A DNA stretch of 63,746 bases, counting the filler, from Licmophora abbreviata (Eukaryota): assembly GCA_900291995.1 (NCBI GenBank). It is 17 parts of 17 records of this genome, joined end to end, with 100 filler letters (N's around TTAATTAATTAA, not from the genome) between each part and the next. Parts side by side here need not be neighbours in the genome. Positions count along the whole stretch, not along the records: positions 10,925 to 15,973 come from OLMU01003725.1; positions 16,074 to 19,540 come from OLMU01003726.1; positions 19,641 to 22,425 come from OLMU01003727.1; positions 22,526 to 24,702 come from OLMU01003728.1; 13 more parts are not named here. One strand, given 5' to 3'. Below are positions 11,138 to 22,886 of the stretch, one piece after another. Numbering within the stretch: the first letter of the stretch is position 1; the number at the start of each line of letters is the position of its first letter. The notes under the pieces are model-generated. The model saw nothing but the letters and a program-made list of their open reading frames with translations, did no database searches and was not told the DNA's origin. Made by a program: the position numbers and the translations under genes.

Positions 11138-14100
11138 ATGATGATCCTAGCGGTATTTCTTGGCCTTCTACAAGCCACCGCAGTATCCGGTCATTCCCAT
11201 GGGTGCGACGGTGACAACTGCGAGGTTCGCGGCGCATACAAGCAGCTCGATAGCGGCCATCGGCATAACAGGTCCCTTGGTCAAACCTATGCCCCTGCTT
11301 CTCCGTCGCACGTTCGAGAAGAGTTTATTTTTGGAACAGACAGTGCATATCTTTCCGTTCCGATCGAAGATTCAACCGCACACTTCTGCGGAACCCACCA
11401 TCCATCACATGTGCAACTCGAGAAAGAAGCCGCCCAGTTGAGAACCTTGGTCAACAATAACGTCGACGAATCCGGAAGGCGGCGGCTCTGTGTCGGGTGC
11501 GTTGAAGTAGAAACAGCCTTTCATGTTATCTATGATGGTGCTGCGCCGGTCGGTAACATCACTGACGCGCAGATTGAGGCCCAAATGCAAAAGCTGAACG
11601 ATGGGTACGAAGACACTCCATTTCGGTTCAGACTCATCAATGTTACTCGCACAGAACGCTCTGACTGGTTTTATCTCGATGGGCCGTTGTTCAACAATGA
11701 TGTACCATCCATGGAGAGTGAGCTTGGGGATGCTTTGCGACAAGGCGATCGTAGAACCCTCAATATCTACTCTCTCAAGATGCGAAGCAGGGGTCTTGGA
11801 ATGACCGTATTTCCATCGTCGTTCGCGGGATCGAAAGACGGGGTTTACCTTGATCACTGCACTTTACCAGAAGGGAAAGGATGTCTTGACTTTGACACTG
11901 GGGATCTCCTCTTACATGAAATCGGCCATTGGCTTGGGCTACTTCATACTTTCGAGGGAGGGGTAAGTTCTCGTCCGCTGATCGAATATCAGAAAGCTCT
12001 TGCTTTCGGACAATTCATCTCTCACCATGGCCCCTCGTCTTCATAGTGCAACGAAGAGTATGGTGACTACGTCAGTGACACTCCACCACAAGCAGAGGCA
12101 AAATTTGAATGTCCGGCTTCGGGCAGTCCTGCCGAGGATTCATGTCCCGACTCTCTTGGCCTTGACCCCCTAAACAATACAATGGGCTACAGCGTTGAGT
12201 GCTATGAAGGATTCACAGATGGTCAAAAAGTGAGAATGTATGAACAATGGATGCTGTATCGAGAGGGAACCGATGTGTGCAAACAGAACGAGGGGATTCT
12301 TTCCGTGGAAATTGAATTGGACGACGTTCCTGAAACGAACCGGTGGAGACTATTCCACGCGAACAGTCAAATGATCAGCATGGCAGAATTCGGGAAAACA
12401 GAAGAAGGTTTAAGACAGATCTTTGATATTTGTCTTCCGTACGGGGAACCAATGTACTTTGGGCTGGGAGATGATGAAGGGGACGGTTTGGTAGGCAACT
12501 CAACCTACAGAGTGAGATTTGACGGAAAGCTCCTGAAGGATGACATCACGTTTGGCAAGTGGGCAGGTGCCGGCTTCACGATTCTTGATCCCTCTACCTG
12601 TACTCCGGATGAAATGCTGGTCACAGTCGAGCTTCTGTTGGACCACTCACCGGACGAAACCCGATGGAGAATTGAGGGGTACGACCGAACCAGTGTATAC
12701 GTGGAACCGGAGTACAGTCTACACGGCACGCCAACCTTTTACCGTGGTGCATCAATCAGGAGAGAGCTGTGTCTCCCACGCGATGAGGAGTACTTCCTTA
12801 TCTTTGAAGACAATGGGAAAGACGGTTTTGCCAATGTGAAGCATGATGACATACCATTTGTTCGAATGACTATTGATGGCGAGCCAATCATGTACAAGGA
12901 AGTGATCCGGGAAGGGTTCGAGCTGCCTTTCGGCGTCACTGGGCAAGTACCTCGACGAGAACCATCTTGGGCAGCAGGTACGCCGACTCCAAGGCCAACT
13001 CTGAGCAGTGCATCACCGACAGCTCAGTTGGCTGTGCCCAGCATCCCGCCATCGATGAGCAGGCACCCTCAATATGAAGATTTATCGCAAGCTTCAGCCA
13101 GCAACTCACCCTCTCTGGACTTGAGTCCCAGCAGCATGCCGACGTTTCTCTTCCCGACAGCTGTTCCGACTTCTTCACAGTACCTGAAACCAGTTGGCAG
13201 TGCTGCACCAAGCGCTCCATCAAGTGCTGAGCCAAGTATGAGTGCCGAACCGAGTATGAGTGCCGAACCGAGTATGAGCGCTGAGCCGAGCATGAGCGCT
13301 GAGCCGAGCATGAGTGCTGCACCCTCTGTAAGTCTGGCGCCGACGTTGGAGAGTAATGCACTCAGAAGAAGTGAGGAGCCATCTATGAGCATGGCTCTGA
13401 GCTCTGTCGAGAGCGTCAAGCCAAGCGCAAGCGCTGAGCCATCTCTAAGCCAGTCTCCCACTATGGTCAAGAGTACCCCGCCTTCGATCAGCGCGGCTCC
13501 TAGCACAAGCAATTTATCTGCGACTACCTATTTTCCACCGTTGAGCCTTGTTCCATCAAGGAGCCCCAGCTCATCTCCTATGAGCTCTTTGGACTCGGCG
13601 TTGAGTGAGAGCGACGAGCCTTCTGCTGGACCGAGTACGACGGCGCCCTGGAGTGGCGAACCATCATATGAACCATCGTCTGAACCTTCAGTTTCTTCGA
13701 GCGTGGCGCCCAGCGAGACGCAAGGTGCAGATCCTACAGTCAGTCCGAACTCGGGACCATCCATTTCTGGTTTCACTCTTATCGACTCACTCACAAACAC
13801 GGATATATCGGAACTAATTGATGGCTCCGCCATCAACTTGAACGAAGCACCTCACATAAGTGTTCGTGTTGAGACGACTGGAGCTGTTGGAAGCGTCTCT
13901 TTTGCCATCAATGGCACGGAGATTCGAACTGAGTATAGGGCACCGTACGCTATTAATGGTGATTATCCTGTTGCAAACTACACTGACTGGATCCCCCCGC
14001 GAGGAGTGATAACTCTCACTGCAACGCTATATGATGCAAGGGAAACGTACAAAGACAGTCGGTCCATTCTACTGTCCGTTCAAGACGATGATGCTTCAAC

Positions 14101-14539
14101 TCAAGATACTAAAACGATATCAGGGCTACCAGTCCAGTCTCTGACTCCCGAGGGCCCTTCAATTTCTGGGTTCACACTTGTAAACTCCACGTCAAATACG
14201 GCGATCGGAAGTCTCGGAGATGGCGATACGGTTGACCTTGACCTAGGAAGGATCAACATTCGCGCAGACACAACTGACCCAAGTAGTGTCGGTAGCGTCA
14301 AGTTCTTCCTGAACGACGAGCTCCAGAATGTGGAAGATTTTGTGCCGTACGCGCTGCACGGAGACCACGAAGGCGACTATCAGTCGTGGGAGCCAGCCCG
14401 CACCGGGATGTACAAGCTGAAAGCTGTAATATATGGAGAAGCAAAGGGACTCGGGGAAGAGGGAAATAGTCTCGATGTAACCTTCAATGTTGTCCGAGGA
14501 AACTCAGCGAACCGACGACTGAGGAGAATATTCCTCTAA
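11138..14539 (+). CDS. Secreted M43 (pappalysin/ulilysin-like) metalloprotease, paralog 1, with S/P-rich stalk and two C-terminal Ig-like modules
   Basis: Signal peptide MMILAVF, Cys-switch FCGTH, HEIGHWLGLLHTF, then a GT-AG intron at 11963-12046 joining to CNEEYGDYVSDTPP and the Met-turn NNTMGYS. Confidence 0.9.
13223..13320 (+). repeat. 18-bp coding tandem repeat (SAEPSM)x5
   Basis: AGTGCCGAACCGAGTATG-type units directly visible. Confidence 0.92.
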
Positions 14540-15058
14540 GGGAAGCCGCTCACAATGTGGTCAGGGAGTTATTCAGTCCTCTAATTCTAATAGAAGCAGG
14601 TAAAGGCACTGTGACTCCCGGAATCCCGGGATCGTGCAGCGCTTACAAATGACCGATTGGACTCCGCCTGACAAGCTGAAAAGGCAAAAATCTTGTTTTG
14701 TTCCGCCATTGGACCGGTTCCTTCGATTTCAGACTGCATCGCGAGCGCTCCGGTCATGAAAGGACAGAGCTAAATTCATTCATATTCTTCTACTATGATA
14801 TACTCCGGAGTACATACTTATGCCACTCATCCTGATGACCATGACCATCCCAATCAAGCAACTTGAAGAGGCAGATGTTCAATGTTCAATGTACTATAGA
14901 CCAATATTCGATATGCCCGTGAGACAGTGCGTGATTGACAATTATGGTAGGCCCAGCGGATTCGCGAATGATTCGGGATCCAACCATTGCAAATCAAACT
15001 GCGCAAGTCTTTCTCGTCATTCTTCTTTTGTGCCATTGCCGCGACCGACAATCTGACC

Positions 15059-17885
15059 ATGACGAAGACGAACATCCTTGTGTGTTCTTGGCTTCTTATC
15101 GCACGCACTCTGGTCCAAGCCCATGGAAGCCATCAGAGCTGCGGGGGTCATCATGATCATGATCATCATCACCATCGTCGACTCGATGGCTACGATGCAC
15201 CTCAATTGTCTTATTTCTTCCCCTACAATGAGAATGACGAACCAGCGGGAGGTGATAACTTCTGCGGCACTCATGATCCTGATCAAGCACAATTGGAGAG
15301 AGAAGCTGCAGAGTCCCGGATGTTCGTGCAACAGAATGGGGGGAGGCGGCGCCAGCTTCCCGAGGCACATATCGTGATTGATACATACTTTCATGTCGTG
15401 GCAGACGACCTCGGTTTCTTCAGTCTCGACGTGTCTCAGGTACAAGCACAAATGACGAAGATCAACAACAACTACACCAACTCTCCTTTTCAATTCAATC
15501 TTGTCAATATCTCGTACACGAACAGCTCAGACTTGTTCTATCTTGAAGGTGAAGAATTCCAGAATGACATTCCGACCATGCAGAGTCGTCTTGGCGACGA
15601 GCTGCGAATCGGAGGTCGCACGGACCTCAACGTATACTCTCTCAAGCTCCGAAGCCGAGGTTTAGGGGTGGCGACATTTCCGTCAGCGTTTGCCGGCTTC
15701 AGAGATGGCGTGTGGCTCGATCACTGTACGATACCCGATGGCTCTGGTTGTGGAATCTACAATACCGGGGATATCGCCGTGCACGAGATTGGGCATTGGC
15801 TGGGCCTGTTGCATACTTTTGAAGGAGGGGTAAGTGCTCTTATGCCGAGAGTTCTGTTCTTCTCTTGCTGGTTCGAGTCTCACCTTGAACTCTCTTGCTC
15901 ATTCGACAGTGTAACGAGGAGTACGGGGACTACATAGGTGACACAGCACCACAAGCCATTGCCAAGTACAGCTNNNNNNNNNNNNNNNNNNNNNNNNNNN
16001 NNNNNNNNNNNNNNNNNTTAATTAATTAANNNNNNNNNNNNNNNNNNNNNNNNNNNNNNNNNNNNNNNNNNNNAAGTTTGAGAATGAAACAACACGAAAG
16101 TTCGATCTTTGTGTTCGGTACAACATGCCGCTGTACTTTGGCCTGGGCGATGAGAGCTTCAATGGTTTCAATGAGACCAAAGGAAACTTTGAACTGAAGT
16201 TCGATGGGAAAGAATTAAAGAATGATGCGGTCTTCACTCGATGGGCGGGCGCTGGGTTCACAATGCTGGCACCCGCAGAATGCCAAGCGAAAGATGAGGC
16301 ACTGGTCGTTGTGGAACTCTTGCTTGACGATAGGCCAGATCAAATTTTCTGGCGAATTGAAGACTCCAACCGAAACCGAGTTTTTGAAGAGGCAAACTAC
16401 ACCCTGCGCGAGACATCATCATACTACAAGAGTGCATCTATTCGACGAGAGATTTGCCTCCCAAGAGACGGGAACTTTTTCTTTGTGATTGAAAACAGCA
16501 ACAGTGACGGTCTGAGGAGTGTTCGAGACGATGACATTCCATTCTTTCGAGTTTCTGTGGAAGGCCAGCAAATGATTTATGAAGAAGAGGGTTTAACTGA
16601 GTTCACAGATAGATTCGAAGCAGTACTCGACTTATACCCAGCGTCGGAGGTTCCGAGTGCACATCCAAGCTACACTCCAAGTGCAGGCCCTAGTGCCAGT
16701 CCAAGCACTACTCCAAGTGTGGAGCCTTCCCTATCCCCAACAAGGTCCCCTTCTTTGACTCCAACAGAAGTGAGAAGTCTCTCCCCCAGTGAAGAGCCAT
16801 CGATTCGGTCATCTGTATCTCCGACCAATCAGCCCAGTTCGTCGCCAAGTGCAGAGCCTTCGACGACCCCAAGCTCGCAACCAAGCAAAGTGGGATCCGC
16901 TGTGCCCTCCTTGGATCCTACCGGCGGACCCACAACATCTCCAAGTCGGCTGCCCACTCTGTTGCCAACGGTGGAACCTTCTTTCACTCCCACCGGTGAT
17001 CCTACCTCAGAAGATTCAGTCGAGCCTTCGTTGGCTCCAACAGCCACACCCACTGAAGTTCCAAGTCAGCAACCCACCACACAGCCAACTACGGAGCCGT
17101 CAACCAGTCCAACAACGTTTCCAACGATAGAGGGCTCTGTTGCTCCGTCCTTGACTCCAACCGATGGGCCAACAACATCTGCAAGTCAATTTCCCACCAC
17201 ACTTTCGATTGAGCCTTCTCTCGCCCCTTCAAGCGAACCGACAAGATTCTTAAGTCTTTCTCCCAGTCAGTTGCCGTCCATGTTGTCTAGCTCATCTCCA
17301 ACTGGCTTAGGCACCACTTTAGCGAGCGCGCAACCTTCTCTTCGGCCAAGTCAACAACCAAGCAAGTCTTCGTTTCCGACTTCTGTTCCTACCGTAACCC
17401 CATCCCGGCCCCCTTCGGCTCCTCCCATTTTTACGGCAGCGCCTGCAGGGATCAGGTTATCTCCATTCCCAAGTATGAGCCCATCAGCAGAGGATCAAAG
17501 TCTGGCTCCGACGTTGACGGTATCTATGGTCCCATCAATCAGCATTAGCTCGGTACCCTCTGTTGGCATGGAACCTCCGACTGTCCCCAACGATTGGCCA
17601 AGTTTCATTCCAAGCGAGATGCCTTCGCGTTCGCCGAGCATGACGCCAACTTTTGCTCCCAGCCGAGACCCTTCTATGTCGCCTAGTGAGATGACGAGCT
17701 CCATTCCAAGTGCCGTTTCTTCGCTTTCGCCCAGCAGTAGGCCTACCTCCGGTCCCAGCAGAGCGCCTTCCGTACTGCCCAGTGAAATGCCTAGTTCTAC
17801 GCCGAGTGACATGCCCTCGCCACGACCTACGGTGTTTGCACTAGAAGATAGGATGAGGACGACATTGGGTGTGATGACATCGTGA
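15059..17885 (+). CDS. Secreted M43 metalloprotease, paralog 2 (His-rich prodomain, long PS/PT stalk); spans the gap at 15974-16073 and probably continues into 17852-19279
   Basis: Signal peptide, HHDHDHHHHRRL, FCGTH and HEIGHWLGLLHTF. Intron 15830-15909 is at the same position as in paralog 1, and the accessory domains are homologous (YFGLGD, WAGAGFT, ASIRREICLP). Confidence 0.88.
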
Positions 17886-18425
17886 CAGCAGAAACACACT
17901 ACACATTTGAAATTCATGTGCACTCCATCATCGAGGCATGTCATTCGGAGCCGTCAAAGATGAACGAGATTGCCACAAAGATTAGGAAATATCTGGAGAT
18001 TCCATATTCGCAATTCGACGAGATGGGAAGTCTTGCCACCGAGAATGGAGTCTGTATTAACACCCTTCCTTCCGAGCCCTGTACAGCAAAGCCAACGTCA
18101 GGCTCGTACATTTGGAAGGGAGGTGGGCTTTGTGGATTGAGAAGCCCCGATCCAACCTGCGATACGAACGATCTACTGGTGGAGGACATACAAGAAGGTT
18201 CAAACGTCGATCCCGCTAGTTTCACTGTCGATAGCATACCTTGGTGGAACGGGCAGTGTGGGCCGCCAAGGGCTGCTGGTGGTTCCCGCTCATTGGCTGC
18301 TGCTGGTTTGGATTCTTCCGGCGACTCTGACCCCGTTCGCAGACTATCAAGCTCCGGTTCCGGTTCCGGTTCCGGTTCCGGTTCCGGTTCCAGTTCCAGT
18401 TCCAGTTCCAGTTCCGGTTCCGGTT

Positions 18426-18463
<38 letters not shown>

Positions 18464-19279
18464 AGCTCCAGCTCCAGCTCAAGTGATGATGGCTTTGACC
18501 TGAAATACTGTACCAGCAACCTTGAGGGTAAAGATGTCTTCAAGAAACTGTTCGACGCCTCATGGACAGTCGACCAGAAGCGGACCATTTACGAGATGGC
18601 CCTTGCTCTCGATTTTATGATCCGCTCAAATCGTGAAAAGCAGGACACCGCGAAAGCCTTGGTAGCGTCTGTAGGAAACGCTTACGAGGCTGACAAGCAG
18701 CGAATGAAGAACCGACATGAAATCGAAAAAAAGAAGATCGAAAAGACTGAAAGGGACACGATCAAAAATGCTCAAAAGGCTGCCGAAGAGGCACTCAAGG
18801 ACCAAGAAGATGAATACCCGAACAAAGACAGCTACAAAGCTGCAGAAAACAAGTTAAAGAAAACCCACGAGGATCAGTGGAAGGAATGGAAAAAGAAGAA
18901 AGATGACACAGAGGAACGGCACGAGGAAGAGGAAGAGCAGCTGCGGGAGAAATTTGAGTCTGGATCGAAACAGCTGAAGATCGACATCAATCTCCTAGCT
19001 GGAGAGATCACCTCGAACGAACAAAGCGCGACGGAGCAACTTGAGTCCATGGTGGAAAAAGCCGAAGTCGACAAGAACTACCTCATGTTCCTACCTCCAC
19101 CCGAGTTACGTCTTCAGGAGCTGCACTTGACCTTGGAAAAGACAATAAGCAGCCAGTTGTTTGCTAGCTTTTCTGATACATGCTTCCTCTACCAGCCCTT
19201 TATCGACGTTATAATAACAAAGGTGGAGACGAAGGAAGAAGCGGAGAGGATCGCCAACCCAGAGAATTGCCTAGTTTGA
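17852..19279 (+). CDS. Probable C-terminal continuation of paralog 2: Cys domain, RRL, Ser/Gly tract and K/E coiled coil
   Basis: The frame is open from 17852 ([11 protein letters not shown]), has no nearby ATG or signal peptide, and overlaps the end of the previous ORF. Confidence 0.65.
18353..18480 (+). repeat. Hexanucleotide microsatellite (TCCGGT/TCCAGT/TCCGGC/TCCAGC) encoding a Ser-Gly/poly-Ser tract
   Basis: About 21 consecutive hexamer units directly visible. Confidence 0.95.
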
Positions 19280-19769
19280 CGAGGGGGCTTCGAGAACAGT
19301 AAGATACAATCCACTGGCTGTGGGTAATTAGACCGTCAGTGAACCTGTACTTGGAGCTACTGTACATAGTCTGAGGTACCTGGTAGAAAGTTAAGTGATA
19401 TGCGTCAGTGGAGCAATATGAGCTCGAGAGGAGGCAACCAAACGGAGAAGCCGCATCCACCATGGCCAAAGGCTCATGGTGTCGTAAACATTAGGTGCCT
19501 TGTACGTCGCGAATGCGTTCACCAGTGTCACAACATGGAANNNNNNNNNNNNNNNNNNNNNNNNNNNNNNNNNNNNNNNNNNNNTTAATTAATTAANNNN
19601 NNNNNNNNNNNNNNNNNNNNNNNNNNNNNNNNNNNNNNNNCATGGAATATGGTAGACAAAGAAAAAGGTCAGGACGACATTTGGTATTATAGTAGCGACA
19701 TCAGGGCCCCCTACGACCCTGACAAAATGTGAGGTGTCTATTTGGGCTATGAGCGAAAAGTGACGCCCT

Positions 19770-21603
19770 CTAGGAGCGCGGTGGGTGCGGCATTGCAGAA
19801 GCATCCAAGCCGTCTCCGCTGGTGGGATCTCTGTTGAGCGCATGACAGTCTGATAGATCTACTCCGTGGATCGCTGCAGTTTGTGGCACGATATGAGCCG
19901 TAGCGGTACCTGTATCCACTGGCTGCATTCTGATTCCAGTATCGGGCGCTGCTGCGGTTGGTGGCAGTACAATGCGTTGACTCATGAGAAACTGGGCAGT
20001 TATAACGCTCTGAGCGGTCGGGCCTCTTATCGTCACGATACGGTTCTTGGTTCCGGGCACGTACTCCCCTTTCTGGCTGATGCGGATTCGCGTGTTGGAC
20101 TGCTGCTGTATTTCTGTTAGCGTTCGCCCCCCACGGCCCAGAACGGAGCCGATCAAATTGTCCGGGATGGAGACTTGAGCCAGGAAGGCATTCTGAGGCC
20201 CGGCAGCTGTAGCATGATTTGCCGCGACGTATTGCGCCGGGACTGGTCGGAACCCAGGGTGTCCATCTGGGCTCACCCGCACACTCTCTTGAAATTGCAT
20301 CGATAGAAAATCTGGCGCAGAAAAGCTTGAATGGACAGGAGAGCCCCCAGCATGTGACCTCCTATCAATCGGACCTTGGTCGAACGGCATGTACATCGGA
20401 GATGTCCTTATTGAGGGACTCTGGGGGTAGCTGGGCGATGACGTAGCAAATGGGACGGGCGGTGCGCCTCCAAAAACGGGACTGTACTGGAATGACTCTC
20501 TCGGAATTACGAGAGGAGAGGCTGGATGCGGCACAAATCCACTCTGGAGACTTGATGGGGCCGACTCAACCCCTTGGTCTACTTGAGACGATCGGGGTGG
20601 GGCATCGAAACTTCCACCGCCGTGACGAGGGTCCAGACTACTATGAGGCGCGGTGTGCGATGAAGAGAAGGCGGTGTCCCATGCCTCGGGCGCCGGATCA
20701 GTCACATGATGTACCGTCATCTCGACCGAATCACGTCGAGGCCTTGCGGGCGCAATGAAACCTGCTGCGGAAGGGGCCGTCGTGTGGACACCACATGCTT
20801 CGTGTCCTGGGGGGAGCGTGCGGGAGTAACTTGTCGTCATGTTCGTGTATCGCGATATCTCTGGATGTGCCGACATTGAGTCAAGTATTGTGAACAGGCA
20901 CTTGATGCAGCAATTTAGCGAAACGCCTACAACGGTAACGGCCCGTTCGGATGTTGCTAGAACCAGAGCTGTATTCACCTGCGTGCCGCATGGGGTCGAC
21001 ACCTTCCTTGGGCGCGAGTCGCACGGATGTGACACCCGAGATATCCACCAGCTCCTTGATGTTGGATCCAGATTTTCCGATGATCATCCCACAGCATGGT
21101 GTAGGGATCAAGATGCGCACGACAAATGAGACTGGGGTGGGTCCGGTAAGCTGATCACTGCCACTAGATACATCAAACATCAAGCCGGAGTATGCCCCGG
21201 CTGGAGTCATGGCCTCCGCTTGTGCTTGACTTTGAGTGCTCTTCCATGCAGCGTTTTGAGTCTGCAGCACCTGCTGCTGCAGCGTATAAAGCCTGGTAAG
21301 CAACATGCTTGTGGCTCGCTTGACGTTTTCCGGTTGGCCTTGAACCAGACACACGCGCTCTTGGGTACCGGGGTAGTAATCTCCGCTCTGACTGAGCTTG
21401 ATTCGAGTTGCCGACTCCTTCTGAAGTTCGGAAATAGTCTGCCCTGCTCGTCCTATGATGGACCCGGCGACATTGTTGGATACCAAAAACTTGATAGCAG
21501 CCAAGGCTGGAGCGGGACTGTTGTGATGCGACAGACTCGTCGGAGACAAGATGACGTGCGGACTCGACGTCTCAGTCCGGGGGAGGATGCAGTGACTGTC
21601 CAT
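19770..21603 (-). CDS. Triple-KH-domain RNA-binding protein (Nova/BTR1-like) with a frame break near 20957-21002
   Basis: KH1 FLVSNNVAGSIIGRAGQTI, KH2 ILIPTPCCGMIIGKSGSNI (completed by ERAVTVVG in the next frame) and KH3 VSIPDNLIGSVLGRGGRTL. Confidence 0.88.
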
Positions 21604-22886
21604 ATCCGTGCATCAGCTCGTTGCCCCATTCGGCTTGACCAGGGGACGGTCGTTCGGTCATCCGAGGCGGGCGCGGATGAGACCTATCTCCCTGGCTCCA
21701 GCGTTTCGTTTGGAAAGTGGGGTGCCCCATGGGCACCGCGATCCAACCCGTGGTGGTGCCCAGTTGGTGAGGAGCTGCCTGTACCGACGCTGCTTGCGGG
21801 AGTGGTAATTGTTCCAGTAGTTGGACTAGAGCCTTGCGGCGGAGGAGAATCGTCCTCTTCGTACGTCTTGCGTGTACCAGTACCCCGAGCCGCCTTGGTC
21901 TTCTGATGAGAAGTGGACACTACATCATTGTGCGACCGTATCAGCGCCCGCTGTCCGGGATTAGCGGACGCCGAGGCTTCGGAACTGCTCGCTTCGGAAG
22001 AGGTACTAAATCCTTTTTCGCCTTTGTGGTGATGGCTCTGCTCCTACAAGTAGAATGTCAATGTGAAAGAAGTTAGCCAGTGTTTTCCAGAAAGTACCAG
22101 CATGTGATCGGTTAGTCAACATATCCGGACGTGAGACCTCTAGCCTCCTCGAAAACACCTCCGAACTGTCTTGGCGCACTTACACGACGTTGGTCCATAT
22201 TTTGTTTGCCAAAATGTGAATCGAATGCCAATGCAAACAAGTTTCAAAACCCTCCTTGTTTCCTCGCTCTGTCCGAATCACTTCAGACCTCCTCCAACTC
22301 CATCAGATCGACACCCCACAGAAGCACACTACTTTCTCACTGCGGCATCGAGATGTGAGACAGCTTTTCTGAGATCCACCACAGTCCCAACCGACACAGC
22401 TTAGAGCACGTCGAACAGTACTATANNNNNNNNNNNNNNNNNNNNNNNNNNNNNNNNNNNNNNNNNNNNTTAATTAATTAANNNNNNNNNNNNNNNNNNN
22501 NNNNNNNNNNNNNNNNNNNNNNNNNCTCGGGCAATCATGAACCATGATTGAGTCGAGTTAGTCAATTAAAGTGAAAACACAATCAAAAATCAGCGTCGGC
22601 GCCTTCATGAGGAGTAGGCAATGAATGTATCGTATCATACTTCTTGTTTGAAGTCAAACCAACGCCTGACAGGATCGTCGCTTTGTTCTGGGACGAACGA
22701 GCTACTCGCATACAAAGCTTTACAATCACCTCCTAGAAGGAACTTTAAAGAAGGGATCCGGCCTATTCAGAGCATGTTTTGCACTCTACCGGTAAAACGA
22801 TCGCTTGCGGGGTCACGGTTCCATGGAGTTCTTGAAATTGGACACTGCCGTCTCAGGCAAACAGACGACGAAAGTTGGATCAGCGA

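Noticed and set aside
18222..18503. SR/NW and PV/PA dipeptide-repeat ORFs
   Set aside because: They are alternative-frame readings of the hexamer microsatellite.
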